DNA of 64,000 nucleotides from the human T2T-CHM13v2.0 reference genome, Homo sapiens: NCBI GenBank assembly GCA_009914755.4, contig CP086569.2, positions 8,736,001 to 8,800,000 of the forward strand, read 5' to 3'. Shown piece by piece: positions 1 to 15,400 of this stretch (position 1 is its first letter; each line of letters starts with the position of its first letter). The notes under the pieces were generated by a model. It saw only the letters and a program-made list of their open reading frames with translations, ran no database searches and was not told where the DNA came from. The position numbers and the translations under genes were made by a program.

Positions 1-136
1 GATTTTTGGGGTTGTACTTCTGAAGATGTTTTCATTCCTCTTGAAAGTGGGGTCAGGGAGTTTATATGTTTAAAAAATTCAGAAGTCACTCATCTACTAA
101 AATATCAATGTTAAGAGAAGGCCATACATAATAAAT

Positions 137-481
137 TTAAAGTAGTTCAAAGCCAGCTTTGTAGGGATGTACTTCACTGTCACTAAGGCCATGAAAAAGA
201 GTAATTGAAAAGAGATGAGTTTCTTGAGGAAGCTTCCTGAGGAATCTCTTGATGATATAATTTATTTTCTTCCCCTTTTCTGAAGACTGTGGTCTCCAGG
301 CACAATGAAGATTATATTCTATGCCCAGAGTTCTTGAAACTCGCTGGGTAATGGTGGCTTTAAATGAGGAGCCATTGTTGTTTTGGAGGCACTGAGGGAG
401 GCCAGAGCAAAGAATTATTTTTTCAAATATTTCTTTTACTACCTCAGAGGATTTTTCTGTTCTACATAAAAATGCCTCCAT
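137..481 (-). pseudogene. ERV1 (gammaretrovirus-like) pol integrase-core fragment, copy X
   Basis: The 114-aa minus-strand ORF contains LHCAWRPQSSEKGKKINYIIKRFLRKL. This matches the MLV/HERV class-I integrase core motif (HCAYRPQSSGQVERMN.IKE.L.KL). The ORF is truncated at both ends. Confidence 0.75.
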
Positions 482-599
482 ACAATTAGGGATACTGTCT
501 ACCTATACCAGCAGATACTGGGTTTTCTGTATTTTGGGTGTATGGGTAAAGTCTATATGCCAACCTTCCCCTAGGATTCTTTCCATTTTTTTGAGCTTG

Positions 600-1200
600 A
601 GGGAGGAGAAGCTATCTGTTGGGGGGATTATTTTTAAGTTATATTTCACATGCATTTACAAACTGTTTGACTATTTTCAGTAGATTTTTACTGGAGAACA
701 TTCTCTGGATCAGTTGATAAGTTATGTTCTTTGTAAAGTGAAAAGTTTGCTGAAGGACATTAAGAACTTTCCACTGACTGGACGCTGACAAGTGGGGTTT
801 TCTGCCTTTCATTTGTAACCATACAACAGTCTGAAAAATTGATTCTCCAGAAGTAGCCCATTCTATCTTTGCAGGGAGATACTGAGGCTTTATTTCTTCT
901 ATAATACTTTCCCAAATAAGAAAGGCTTTAAATATTCTGGGAACTTGGGCTCTTTTTGCTACTGACTTGGCAACCTATTTTTTTGCTTTTGGCTATTTTA
1001 TTAATCATTTTCTGGTGTCCTCTGTAATATATTACTGCTACTTCCCAGAAAGAAAGGAGAAAAAAGAAAAACTGAGGACAATAATCTATTTCCTGGTGAT
1101 ATTTAATGTAAGACCCATTAGCAGTCAGGAAATGTCTTTTTTTTTTTTCTAAATAGTGGCATGGGCATAGAGAGCCAGAAGAAGCATACCTAGAATCAGT
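600..1200 (-). mobile_element. ERV1 pol RNase H-region remnant (copy X)
   Basis: The minus-strand translation gives EVAVIYYRGHQK, resembling the MLV RNase H C-terminus (IIHCPGHQKG). The nucleotide sequence is a clear paralog of 14650-15130, sharing long blocks such as ccattctatctttgca.ggagatactgaggctttatttct. Confidence 0.6.
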
Positions 1201-1439
1201 ATGTGTCCACTGCCTTTTTCTCTAAATGGTTAAAAGACAATTAACATAGCTAATAAGTCTTGTGCTTTGTCATAGAGGCATGCTGTCAAGTATATAAATC
1301 AGGGTGAATATTGCACACACTGCCTTAGAGGTATTTGTTTTACAAAATAACTTTTCCCTCTAATGAAAGTTCAGACTATTTTTCTAAAGAAATTAGTTTT
1401 AGGTTCTTTCTGGCTGCACAGATTTTCACTACTACCTGT

Positions 1440-2600
1440 TCACAGTCATGTTCAGGTTCTTCAGGTTACTTCTTAAAGGAAAGGGAATAGGTTATGGGTT
1501 TTTTAATGGAACTGCAGATTCCTTAGAAGCAAAGTTTGATCTTTGACAAGGTGATTATCTGTTATCCAGAGACTTCCTTTAGAGGACACCCTACATTACG
1601 TGGGGTGTAATCAGTTAGAATATTCCCCATGCTCAACTTACTGGCTTGCAGTACATGCAAGACCACCACTACAACTGCTTGGAGGCAACTTGTCTATGCT
1701 TTAGCCACCCAGTCAAGCTCTATGTTTATGTAACTTAGTGGTTGCTGGGCCAAATCTCAAGCTTGAGTTAAAACTCCTAAGCTATCCCTTTCTTTTATAA
1801 GACATAAAGATGCAATGACTTATTTGTGGGTACACTGAGGGCCAGTGCTTTTTGTCAGGTTTGTTTGATCTGGTTAAGGTATTTGAGTTTTAGTTTCCTA
1901 TGTCAGGAAGAAAGCCAAAGCTGCTTGAGATTCTTTTATAAGATAATATAAAGAAATAGCTGTTTCACCAAACCTTGGTATCCATCATCCTCAAAAACTT
2001 ATAATGTCCAGTGATCCTTTTAGATGTTTGAGTGTTTTGGGAATGGGAAAGAAGGAGATGGGATTAATTCTCTCCTTTACTAATGTTTTGGGTTTTCAAC
2101 AGCCTTATTAATGAGACAGAGGTTCTGATCTAGCCTCCATTCTTCATTGTGTTTCTGTACCTCTAATATTTGAGTGTTGTTAAGACGTTGCAGAGTTCAA
2201 GGAAGTATTTGGCCTTTAGGTTATCTCTGATGGCAGCCATTATCTACCTTTTGTCTATAAAAGATATTGCCTAATGCTAGGGTAAAAAATAAAATAAAAC
2301 TCTTAAGCTAATCTGGACAAGTATAGCAGTTGTAGCTCTGCAAATATTTCCTTGATGTGGCCAGACCTATGGATTAACATTGGTTTTAACTAAGGGGAGA
2401 CAAAGCTTTGTCCTGAAGCCATTAGAATGATGGTGTCCATATGAGCTAAAATTACCTAGTAGAAGAGTGAAACTTTCAAAAATATTTAAATTGGGATATT
2501 TAAATACCAGGTCTCCACAACTACAACTGAAGGGTTTAGAAAATATCCTCTCTATTTCTACCTCTTAAAAAACTGTATACAGTCTATACTCCCCTGAAGT
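1440..2600 (-). mobile_element. ERV1 pol RT/protease-region remnant (copy X), internally deleted
   Basis: Colinear with 21600-23100, which encodes a recognisable MLV-like RT. Shared blocks include actgcttggaggca, ggtatccacaatctgcaaaaa and ctaaggggagacaaagc.tttgtcctg.agccatta. About 400 bp are missing relative to the paralog. Confidence 0.6.
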
Positions 2601-2639
2601 TTATTTTTTAACATGAGAACTTCTTTGACTCTGAGACTC

Positions 2640-5480
<2,841 letters not shown>

Positions 5481-5492
5481 AGAACAAAAGAG

Positions 5493-5880
5493 GCATTAGT
5501 GGACACTTTATAGGACAGTTGATCTATAATCCCTAAATACACTTGCAAATTACTACCAGTGTGGCAAGCTGGAACACTTGACAAAGGCTTGTCCAGGCAT
5601 TTGGAAGAAGCTGTCTTAACCCTGTCCAGCTTTTGATGGAGACCACTGAAAGACTCCCTTTGTTTAGAGACATAGGTCACCATATCCAGGACCAGTCTTC
5701 AGATGATCAGGCAGAACTCATCTGTGCTGGTTCTCAATTTTTGAGCTTCTATGGCTCTAACTACCATTGTTATTTAGGAGTCCCAAGTAATTTGGGTGGC
5801 TAGAGGAAAAAAAAAAAGCAAACTTTCTTCTAAACGTTGCAATGAATCATTTTGTTCTCCTCTCCAATCCAGGCCTTACT
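5493..5880 (+). mobile_element. ERV1 gag NC-region remnant, continuation of 2640-3747
   Basis: The plus-strand translation gives NYYQCGKLEHLTKACPGIWKK, a zinc knuckle paralogous to FYWCDKPGHFQRDC at 27840-27880. Block 5600-5790 aligns with 27890-28060. Confidence 0.6.
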
Positions 5881-6690
5881 TATTCATACAGTGAAGGAAT
5901 TTAGCTGATTTGCTCTAGATAAACAGCAAAGGAAAGTTTCCCATAAAATCCCAGCTAATGGGTCAGTGCCTTATTTTCAAAAACACATAAAACCAGTTTT
6001 GAAAAATAAGCTGCAGGCACCAATAAAAATTAGTACATGGAGTTATTATTGCAGATAAGCCCATGGCTCCAAAGGTAAGAGAATCTTTCACCCACTTAAA
6101 TAAAAACTTGCAGAAACTCTGGCTCACACGTCTAAGGGAACTAGGCCTGACATAAAAATGACTTTGACTTTTGCATAATCAATGGGCTCCATAAAAAGAA
6201 TTTCTTCTGTTTGTGGACATTAACACAGTGGGATCCAGTGGTTTCCGGGCAGTCACTATTTTGTTGTTGTTGTTGTTGTTGTTGTTTGCTTGTTTGTTTG
6301 TTTGTTTCTTAATTCTGATTTGTCTTCTATTAAGTATTTCGTCCCTTGATTTGTGCTGCTTTAAAGTTGTGGGCCAAACTTTCATTTTAGCTGCGTATAG
6401 ATTTTATGACAAGCTGAACAGCCTCCAGTAATCATCACATCAGCTCTGATTGCTACTGGACCAACATTTTGGGGAAAGGTTTCTGATTGATCTCAAGCCA
6501 AATTCCCAAGCCAAGGTGAATCACACATTCTCCAAGACAGCCTGCAGAATAAGCACATTCCTTCCCCTTCTTAGTTTATAAAGACCCTGGAATAAGAGGT
6601 GAATAAGCCCCTCTCATAATCTGTGTTTATCTTAAAGCTATGCTTGTTTATTAAGCCCTGATAACTGCATTAGTAACCTTGTCCTTAAAA
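5880..6690 (+). repeat. ERV1-associated U3/LTR-like repeat, copy a (copies b and c at 10775-11470 and 23645-24330)
   Basis: Three same-orientation copies share motifs such as aaagcaaggcaagggtttcc, cagaagaacct.ca.tccattc and ctgggccaa.ct, ending in tttataaa...cctcata followed by unrelated sequence. Divergence among copies is high. Confidence 0.5.
6258..6312. repeat. (GTT)n/(GTTT)n simple repeat
   Basis: The sequence gttgttgttgttgttgttgttgtttgcttgtttgtttgtttgtttc. Confidence 0.9.
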
Positions 6691-6691
6691 G

Positions 6692-6950
6692 GCCTCACCC
6701 CCAGTACTTTGGTATCCTAAGGCAAGTAGTTCACTTAAGGTCAGGAGTTCAAGACCAGGCTGGGCAACATGGTGAAACCCCATCTGTACTAAAAATACAA
6801 AAATTATCTGGGTGGGAGCCTGTAGTCTCAGCTACTTGGGAGGCAGAGGCAGGAAAATTAATTGAGCCCAGGAGGCAGAGGTTGCAATGAGCCAAGATTC
6901 TACCATTGTACTCCAGCCTCGGTGACAGAGCAAGACTCCATCTCAAAACA
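6692..6950 (+). mobile_element. Alu SINE (5' truncated), followed by (CA)n at 6951-6986
   Basis: The sequence ggtcaggagttcaagaccaggctgggcaacatggtgaaaccccatctgtactaaaaatacaaaa...gcctgtagtctcagctacttgggaggc...gagccaagattctaccattgtactccagcc. Confidence 0.9.
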
Positions 6951-7212
6951 CACACACACACACACAGACACACACACACCCCTCCATAGGTGAATAATCT
7001 GATGAGAAAAATGGAAAACAAAAAATTGTATAACTAGTATATTTTCTGTTGGTTTGTTTGGTTATGTATACATTATTTTTATTAAAAGATCTCTAATTCA
7101 TTAGCTTAAGAAAAGATAGCCACTTGACCAAAATATTATAAAAAGGAAAAATAAAGGCTGTGGTAGCTTTCAGTTCGTGTGACTTTAACTTTTTAAAAAT
7201 AAAGCACCCTCT

Positions 7213-7474
7213 GCCAGGCATGGTGGCTCATACCTGTAATCACAGAACTTCAGGAGGCCAAGGCAGGTGGATCACGAGGTCAGGAGTTCAAGTCCAGACT
7301 GGCCAATGTGGTGAAATCCTGTGTCTCCTAAAAATACAAAAATTAGCCAGGCATGGTGGTTGGCACCTGTAATTCTAGCTACTTGGGAGGCTGAGGCAGT
7401 GCAATGAGCCAAGATCATGCCACTGCACTCCAGCCTGGCAACACAGCGAGGCTCTGTTTGAAAAAAAAAAAAGC
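7213..7474 (+). mobile_element. Alu SINE
   Basis: The sequence gccaggcatggtggctcatacctgtaatc...ggtcaggagttcaagtccagactggccaatgtggtgaaa...ctccagcctggcaaca, with a poly(A) tail. Confidence 0.9.
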
Positions 7475-8197
7475 AGCCTCCAAGATTATTGATAAAATGC
7501 AAATGTCTTCCAGATGTTAATATGTGGTCTATATTATGCAGGTAAAAAATGTAAGTTTCCTAATTGTTTGAAGGATGTAAACTACTTCTTTGTCCTTTGA
7601 AAACCATAGACTTGCCTGCTTCACTATTGGTATAGCCTGGGGACATATAAAAGTAATCACACCTCTAAGTATGCTGAGAGAGTCAGCCTTTATCTGCACC
7701 TAGCACACAATTAAAACAACTTACCATGTTTTACATTCAAGTGAAAAATTACAAAATGTTACCATTATAACATGTGATTGAGACTATTAAAATTAAATTT
7801 TCATGTAAGGTGTATAAGAAAAGTAAACTATGTTTTTAGTAAAATTTATAAAATGGCATGTAAATGCTCATTTGTCTTAGAGATAAAGACTTCTCAAATC
7901 AAATCACATAAAGCTAAAGATTTAAGCAGATGGAAGAACAACTGTACATGTTAATCTTGCAAAAGAATATGCTGTCTGAACACATTAAATAAAAAGGGAT
8001 ATATTATATGGTTACTCTATAAATGAAGCATTGAAATAAAAGTGCAGCACGGTTTTCTTGAGATGCTAATCTGCTCTTTAGCAAAATTTGTAAAGAGTTG
8101 TCAAAGGGTTTTTAAAAGTTTATGGAAACCTCACCTGTTGTTAAACTGATTAAGATAAAATTGTCTATAAAGTTTAATTTAAAAATAGCAGTAAATT

Positions 8198-8398
8198 GGC
8201 CTGGCACAGTGGCTCACGCCTGTAATCCCAGCACTTTGGGAGCCTGAGGCAGGCAGATCATGAGGTCAAGAGATGGAGGCTGATGAAGGAGAATGGCCTG
8301 AACCTGGGAGGTGGAGCTTGCAGTGAGCTGAGATTTTGCCACTCCAGGCTGGGCGATAGAGTGAGCCTCTATCTCAAACAAACAAAGGAAAAAAAAGA
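8198..8398 (+). mobile_element. Alu SINE (internally deleted)
   Basis: The sequence ggcctggcacagtggctcacgcctgtaatcccagcactttgggag...cctgggaggtggagcttgcagtgagctgag. Confidence 0.85.
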
Positions 8399-9427
8399 AT
8401 AGCGGTAAATTTAATAGTGGACTAATGCAACAGTAAAATCTGTTTCCACTCTAGAATGAGATTTTCATGTAATATAAAGGCTAATAACAGTAGGTTTTTG
8501 TTACTTCAAATTTTTTAATTTATTTTGGCAAAACAAATGACTTATGATAATCTTTATATTTTATAACAGTAAATGTTTTAAATTTCGTACATATTCGGCA
8601 GGCATTTCAAAAACAAATTTTTGTTACAGAGTTGTCCTTTCTGAGTCCTCGATTTTAAATGCTACAGAGGGCTCCTGTTTCAAACACATCTTTAACATGT
8701 ATTTTTAAAAGTATTTAACAACCTTATGCATTTAAGTTGTTTAAATACATGTGGTTACCAAGTTAATTTTAATTTTCTTCAGGTTACATTTTAGTAAATA
8801 ATATTAACATAAGTTTTGTAGCCATATGGGGTGTCAAAGTTCTAAGGTCTAAAAAGGCTATCAAGCTTAATCAAAATTATTATGTTTAGCCATTGTAAAC
8901 CATAAAAATAGCCATTTTTTGTCAACGAGTGTCTGTAACCACTTTAGGCATTCTGTCATTTACAGACAATTGTCTTGTTTTAATCCTTTTCTAAAAATGG
9001 TTTATAATTAGCTGTAGGACTTTAACAGCTGCTCTCAAATGCAGGTTTATAATTAGATATTAACAAAACTCATGAAAAGCTTAAGAAAATGGACTAAAAA
9101 CACTGAAGCCATTTTTTCAACATTGACTTCAAATATTTCTGTGTATTTTGTTTTTCAGGGTTAAGGGAACTTTTTTGTGCAGGCAACAGTGTTCAACAAC
9201 TGATTAAAGTATACTATTGTAAAAAATATAAAAATATTTTATTTTTCCCTCCCTGTTTTCTCTAACACTTGGTAACTAATTTTTGCTTTTCTTAACTTAC
9301 AGCAATATAGTTGTTTGCATCAGTGCAAAAAAAATTTGTTTTAACAAAACAAAACTGGAAAAAAACTGGTTATTTTACTGAGGCTTTGACTGAAAGGATA
9401 TGTTTCTCTTTAAAGAATAAAGCTTGA

Positions 9428-9859
<432 letters not shown>

Positions 9860-10774
9860 TCAAAAGCCTCAAAACACCCCATGCTTTTGGTAACTCAATA
9901 AGAGAGGAGTTTACCCAGCTTAGGTATTTAAGGGTACAAGCTCATGGCTGGTCTCAGCGTTAAAACTTCCTGAGATTCCTTGCAGAACGGAGTTCCATGA
10001 AAGCCAACTGAAAAAAAAATGTAAAGGTAATTATTCTTGGCTTCACTTTATAAAACTAGGCCAAGTGGAAGACTGACATCTATTTTCCAAACAATTTAGT
10101 TCTATCATGATTTTTTTTTACAAAAATATGAACTGAAGAGAAATAATGTGTTTCAAAACTTATTGTACTTCTGTCATCAATGCATAGTCTCATAAGTTCT
10201 CATAAGTTGTTTTTAAGTTGTTGCCTACATTTTAAACTAACCCTGCTGAATCCCATGAGCCAATTAATAATCTTTGACTTTAGATCAAAGTAAACAGAAA
10301 GTAATGTGTAATTAAAAAATTTGTTACAATATTATATATAATTCTTGGCAAAAATCCTACAAATCCTGCCAGTTGATGAAAATAAATATGGTTCCCATAA
10401 TACAGAGGCTTGTTTGTATTTTTTTAATTAAAGCTGAATTCCATATACCTAAATCTTAGCAGGCATAACTGTAGCCATCAGTTATAAGGGTGTGTCACCA
10501 GGCTTGGGACACTTAAGCTGTCCTTAGCCAACTTGTCTTGTTTCAATACATGTCCTTTAGTAACTCTATTTTTTTTTTCCTTGAGGCTGTCAACTCCAAA
10601 TAGTAATAATGCAAGTAAGACCACACATAAAATCACCTATCTTCTGAGGACTCTGAAACAATGTCTGAAATAAATTCTAACTGCTGTTTTTTACAAACAC
10701 CCCTCTGCAGCAGAGAGTAGCCGGAAAGATCAACACTTAATCTCCCTAAAGCAGTTAGGTTCTTTATTTCTGAG

Positions 10775-11470
10775 GGGAGACTGAGAAAAGTTAGCTAGCT
10801 TCCCTTAGGTAAAAAGCAAGGCAAGGGTTTCCAGAGAGCCCCAAGCAGATATGTCAGTGCCTCAACCAAACAGAACACAAAAATCAGCCTTAAAAGAAAT
10901 TAAGCTGAAACCACTGATACAGGACCTAACACAGTGGCTACTGCCTGAACATATTCCTGCAGCTACACAGACAGAAGAACCTCCAGTCCATTCTGGGAAA
11001 AAAAAAAAAACTTGCACAAAACTCAGGCTTACACAGACAAAAGAAAGAGGTGTGGCATAGAATATTTTTGTCTTTTGTATACTCAGTGCCCCACACCCAC
11101 AACAAGAAAATTTTATTCTCCTTTCACAGGCATAAATTCAGCAAGATTCAGTGGGTTCTCACTGGCTGTATTGGTTGTTATTGTTCAGACAGTAAGTCCA
11201 GCTTCTAAGAATTATCATTTAAGCTCCTGACTGATCCTGGGCCAAACTCACAAGCCAGTCTTTCATTTGCATTTTTAAGTCTTCTTGGGCTATCCTGAGC
11301 AGTCTCTATGAATTATCACTTCAGCCTCCGATTGGTCCCAGACCAAGGTCTTAGGCTATGCTTTCTTATTGGTCCAAGACCAAGGCTAAGACACATTGTA
11401 TAAGATAGCTGACAAACTAAGAACATCCCTTTCTCTTTTCAGTTTATAAAAATTTTAAACACTTGCCTCA
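10775..11470 (+). repeat. ERV1-associated U3/LTR-like repeat, copy b
   Basis: Paralog of 5880-6690 and 23645-24330, with a TATA-like tttataaaaatt near the 3' end of the shared block. Confidence 0.5.
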
Positions 11471-11574
11471 TAGTTTGCAACTCATGTGGGCCCATATTTC
11501 TGATGGTGAAATGGTCTCTTCTTTTGCATATTGAAGTTTTCCTCAAACTTTACCCATGTGTTCATGCTCCTTAA

Positions 11575-11760
11575 TCTTCTAAATTGTGTGTCTGTGTAGG
11601 TGTGTGTGTGTGTGTATATATGTGTGTGTGCATATACATATATATATACACACACACATATGCTATGTGTATTTATACATATATCTATATACACAAACCA
11701 GACTGTATATATACACTTACATATACTGAGTAGTACATATGTGTATGTGTTGCTCTGAGC
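11575..11760. repeat. Compound (TG)n/(TA)n/(CA)n simple repeat
   Basis: The sequence gtgtgtgtgtgtgtgtatatatgtgtgtgtgcatatacatatatatatacacacacatat. Confidence 0.9.
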
Positions 11761-11979
11761 AATATCTAAAACAAAAAAGAATTGTTACATCTTGTTGCAC
11801 TGGTAAAACTAGTACATTATCCGAACATGTGACCTGCTTTGTAGCTTTTTTTTTTTTTAATCAGGACTGCCTGAAAAATAAACCTCTTTCTTAAGATTAA
11901 CTGGTGCTCAATTGAGTCAGAAAATACAGAGGTGTGTTTTACTCACCCTCTCTCAGCCTTTCCATAAAGATTGAGGGAT

Positions 11980-12830
11980 TCTCATCAAGTTTTAATCTAT
12001 TATGTTTATCTTAGAGTAATTAAGAGGTTTGGTCCCAGTCCTAGCTGCTGGCATCACTATACTACTAACAGACCGCAACCTCAACACCACCTTCTTCGTT
12101 GGCACTGTTCTTTTACTAGCGTTCCTGTACATGCATTCTAAATTTTTATTCTTTTCCACTCCTCTATCAAATGACGGGGATTCCAATTATGTTTTCAAAG
12201 AGCACTGTCTTTTTTCCTGTTGGGAATAAAGATTATGCTATCTGTTCACCTTAGTTTTGTCTTTCAGCATCCCTTTTTCTAGATTTATTTCCCTTTATAC
12301 TTTTAGGCTGGGTATAGTAAATATGTTGTTCATCTTCAAATGCTTTTGCTGCTAGTAAAGCTGCCAAATTTTCTGCAGCTTTGGTTTAGGATTAACATAG
12401 CATGTCTCCACATACAATGAAATACCTGTGTTAGATTTTGGAATGCCTCTATATATCTATTAGAGTCATCAGAGAACTCGACTAGATTTACATTTATTTT
12501 TCTAAGGCCCTGCAATGAAAAGAGAACTTGAAATCTAGTAGTACCACGTTTTTTTGGCATTTTCTACAGGGCCCACATTGAAATTGATGGTTTACAGGGT
12601 GGAACAGGGAGAGAAACTGATGACATGGGCATTAGAAAGCCTATAAAAGAGGTGCGGGTAGGGCATTTAGAAGTAGCATTTAAGGGTTTACCAAGGGTTT
12701 GTGTCTCTGACTTTGGGGCATTATCTTCTGTATGCCTGCTTTATATGACAGCCAAAGCTCAGAGACAGTTTTACAATGCTTACAAAGATCTGGGTTATCT
12801 ACCAAGGCAACGGAAGATTGTACATTGGAA
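11980..12830 (+). mobile_element. ERV1 internal segment, copy 2 (paralog of 28080-28800); includes an inverted gag-CA fragment
   Basis: Shared blocks with 28080-28800 include ttttaatct.ttat...cttagagtaattaaga.g, tttctaaggccctg.aatga.aagagaacttgaa.tctagtag.acc and gggcatttagaagt.gcatttaagggtt. The minus ORF 12336-12560 encodes SDDSNRYIEAFQNLTQVFH, a CA motif in inverted orientation. Confidence 0.6.
12033..12098 (+). other. MT-CO1 (fragment): NUMT: 65-66 bp fragment of mitochondrial MT-CO1
   Basis: The sequence cccagtcctagctgctggcatcactatactactaacagaccgcaacctcaacaccaccttcttcg matches, from memory, the human mitochondrial COX1 reference with no mismatch. It encodes [21 protein letters not shown]. 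It is absent from the paralogous position at about 28110-28140. Confidence 0.8.
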
Positions 12831-13551
12831 ACACTGTACATTTCTAGGCTGCATCTCTGTTTAAAGAAGTTTTACCAATGACACCTACTAAGTTTCTCTC
12901 TCATTGTCCCCTGCAGGTGTGAAAACACTACTTGCTGTTAGGGAGATTGAGGATTGATCTTTCTAGCTACTTTTTGCTAGGAAGGGCATCTTGTAAGGAA
13001 ATACAACAGCTGGAGTTCACACTGAGGTTAGGGTAAGGTTTTTCAAAACCACGGTGTTTACATAAGTGGTTTCGTTTGCAGTACAATTTGTTTGATTGCC
13101 TCTATGTGAGATGAAACAATCTCGGTTATCAAAATATAAAGTGTTAAAATGAGACGAGGTGAGGAAAAGGATAGCTTAAAAATTCTGAGGCTGCTGACAT
13201 GCCCTTATAACTAATAGCTATAGATATGCTTAACAAGTTTTGGGTGCATGGGGCTTGGCTTGGCTTAGCTTCCTTGGTCTTATCCCCCAAAACACAAAAC
13301 CACCTCAATTATGAGTCCACTATATACTCTCATTACCTGGCAAGATTTGTAGAGTAATTGCCCACAACAAATATATTGTTAACATATTTTTCAATATTAA
13401 TCTTTTTATATTTTCAACCTAGCTGCAGCTAGAGATTTCTGGCTGGCTCACAGGAATCAACAGGGATAGCCTGAAATATAGGCAAATATTAAAGACAACT
13501 AATGAGATGAGAATATAATGGCAAACATATGATAAGATTTGAAACATGTAG

Positions 13552-13825
13552 GCTAGTTGAGGTAGCTCACACCTGTAATCCCAGCACTTCAAGATCAAGA
13601 TCAGCCTGACCAACACGTAGAAACACCGTCTCTACTAAAAATACAAAATTATCCAGGCATGGTGTCACATGCCTGTAATCGCAGCTACTTGGGAGGCTGA
13701 GTCATGAGAATCATGTGAACTCAAGAGGCAGAGGTTGTGGTGAGCCGAGATAGTGCCATTGGCCCTCCACTCTGGTAAACAAGAGTGAAACTTCATCACA
13801 AAAAAAAAGAAAAAAGAAAAGATTT
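13552..13825 (+). mobile_element. Alu SINE (partly deleted left monomer)
   Basis: The sequence gctcacacctgtaatcccagcacttc...cagcctgaccaacacgtagaaacaccgtctctactaaaaatacaaaattatccaggcatggtg...gagccgagatagtgccattg, with an A-rich tail. Confidence 0.85.
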
Positions 13826-14309
13826 AAACATAATTTTTCTCTCTTCATTTCTTATTACTGTAAATAAACAAAGTATGTTAGGCCTGAGTTGAAAATAGTA
13901 AAATGAACTATAATTTTATATTTAACCTAAGTATTTGCATAAAGTGCAGCAAAAATAATTATTTTTAAATAGTCTCTCTAAATTGGCTTTTACGAAACTG
14001 TTCTTCAGGAGGAACCTCTGATAAGAACTCTTAAAGCCAAGAAGAACTATGGGTTTTACTTTCAAATACCTATGAGTTGGGCAAACTTTACTCTTCTTGA
14101 GGTCCAAAAACATGAAAATCCTGGGCCTGTTAGCAAGTGACATTCTTTACTCACCACAAGTCTGCAATATTTTGTGGGTTTTTAATACATATCAGGACGT
14201 AATAAATGCACACTTTATCTGTCATATAAATGAAGTTCTTCTCTCTATCTTTCCCTAGATAGCTTTTCAGATATTGAGCAGCAGGGATAGAAACTGTCTT
14301 TTGAGATTA

Positions 14310-14609
14310 TTATTATTTTTGAGATGGAGTCATGCTCTGTCTGCCAGGCTGGAGTGCAGTGGTGCAAACTGGGCTCACTGCAACTCCTGCCTCCTGGGTT
14401 CAAGTGATTCTCCTGCCTCAGCCTCCTGAATAACTGGGACTACAGGTACATACTACCATGCCCAGCTATTTTTTTGTGTGTGTGTATTTTTAGTAGACAT
14501 GGGTTTTCACCATGTTAGCCAGGATGGTCTCAATCTCCAGCCCTTGTGATCTGCCCGCCTTGGCTTCCCAAAGTGTTGGGGTTACAGGCATGAACCACTG
14601 CACCTGGCC
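14310..14609 (-). mobile_element. Alu SINE (minus orientation)
   Basis: Reverse-complement Alu: tttgagatggagtcatgctctgtctgccaggctggagtgcagtggtgcaaactgggctcactgcaactcc...ggcatgaaccactgcacctggcc. Confidence 0.9.
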
Positions 14610-14639
14610 TAAGAAGATTATTTTTAAGGCAGGTTTCAA

Positions 14640-15394
14640 AAGTATTAAGAATCTGTTTGACTCTTTTCAGTAGTTTTTTTTCTTGTTGTTTTATAAGTCA
14701 AAACTTGGTGGAGGACATTAAAAACATTTCACTGACTGAAGGCTCATAATGCAATTATAAATATTTAGAGTGCTGAAAAATGTATCTTTCAAAAGTGGTC
14801 CATTCTATCTTTGCATGGGAATACTGAGGCTTTATTTCTTTAATGAAGCTTTCTAAGGCAAGAGAGACTTCCAGTATATTGCAAAATTGTCTGTTTTTTT
14901 TGTTGTTGTTGTTGTTATTTGTTTGCTTGGCTCTCTGGTTTCTCAATCTATTTTTCTTGGCTGCTTTATCAGTCCCCTACTTGTGTCCTCTACAATGTAG
15001 TACTACTACTTTCCACGAAAGAAAAAGAGGAGAAAAATCTATGTATATCCTGATGATACTTAATGAGTGACTGTCAGAAAATGTATTTCTTTCCACAAAG
15101 TGGCATGGTCATAGATGATCAGAAAAGCATATTTAAAATGAGTATAAATATTATAAACATTTCTTTTTTATTTTTTGCTTCATTTGAGTGTTCTCACAAG
15201 GGCAAGTAACTCAGTGATTTGAACTCTGGTGCCTGGTAAGAGAGGCATATTCTCAGTAATATAATTCAAAGGGACTACTGCATACCCTAACTTTGGTGTT
15301 TCTTGTTTTAGGAAAGAGCTCCATTTCTACATTTACTAAGGGAGTTGCTTTGAGGTCCTCTCTGGCTGTGTAAGTTTTTACTACTCTCTGTTAA
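14640..15394 (-). mobile_element. ERV1 pol RNase H-region remnant, copy Y (3' side of the nested ERVK insertion)
   Basis: Paralog of 600-1200. The flank ctctgttaacaatca at 15386-15400 is the counterpart of ctgttcacagtca at 1436-1448. Confidence 0.6.
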
Positions 15395-15400
15395 CAATCA
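15395..15400. repeat. 6-bp target-site duplication CAATCA of the ERVK provirus (second copy at 21465-21470)
   Basis: Identical hexamers flank the LTR termini TG...CA. The uninterrupted paralogous site at about 1436-1456 carries a single cagtca. Confidence 0.75.

Noticed and set aside
12029-12229. 66-aa ORF starting [23 protein letters not shown], considered as a COX1-like coding fragment
   Set aside because: It is a NUMT read in the nuclear code. Only 21 codons are mitochondrial, and the rest is ERV1-derived. There is no promoter or gene context.
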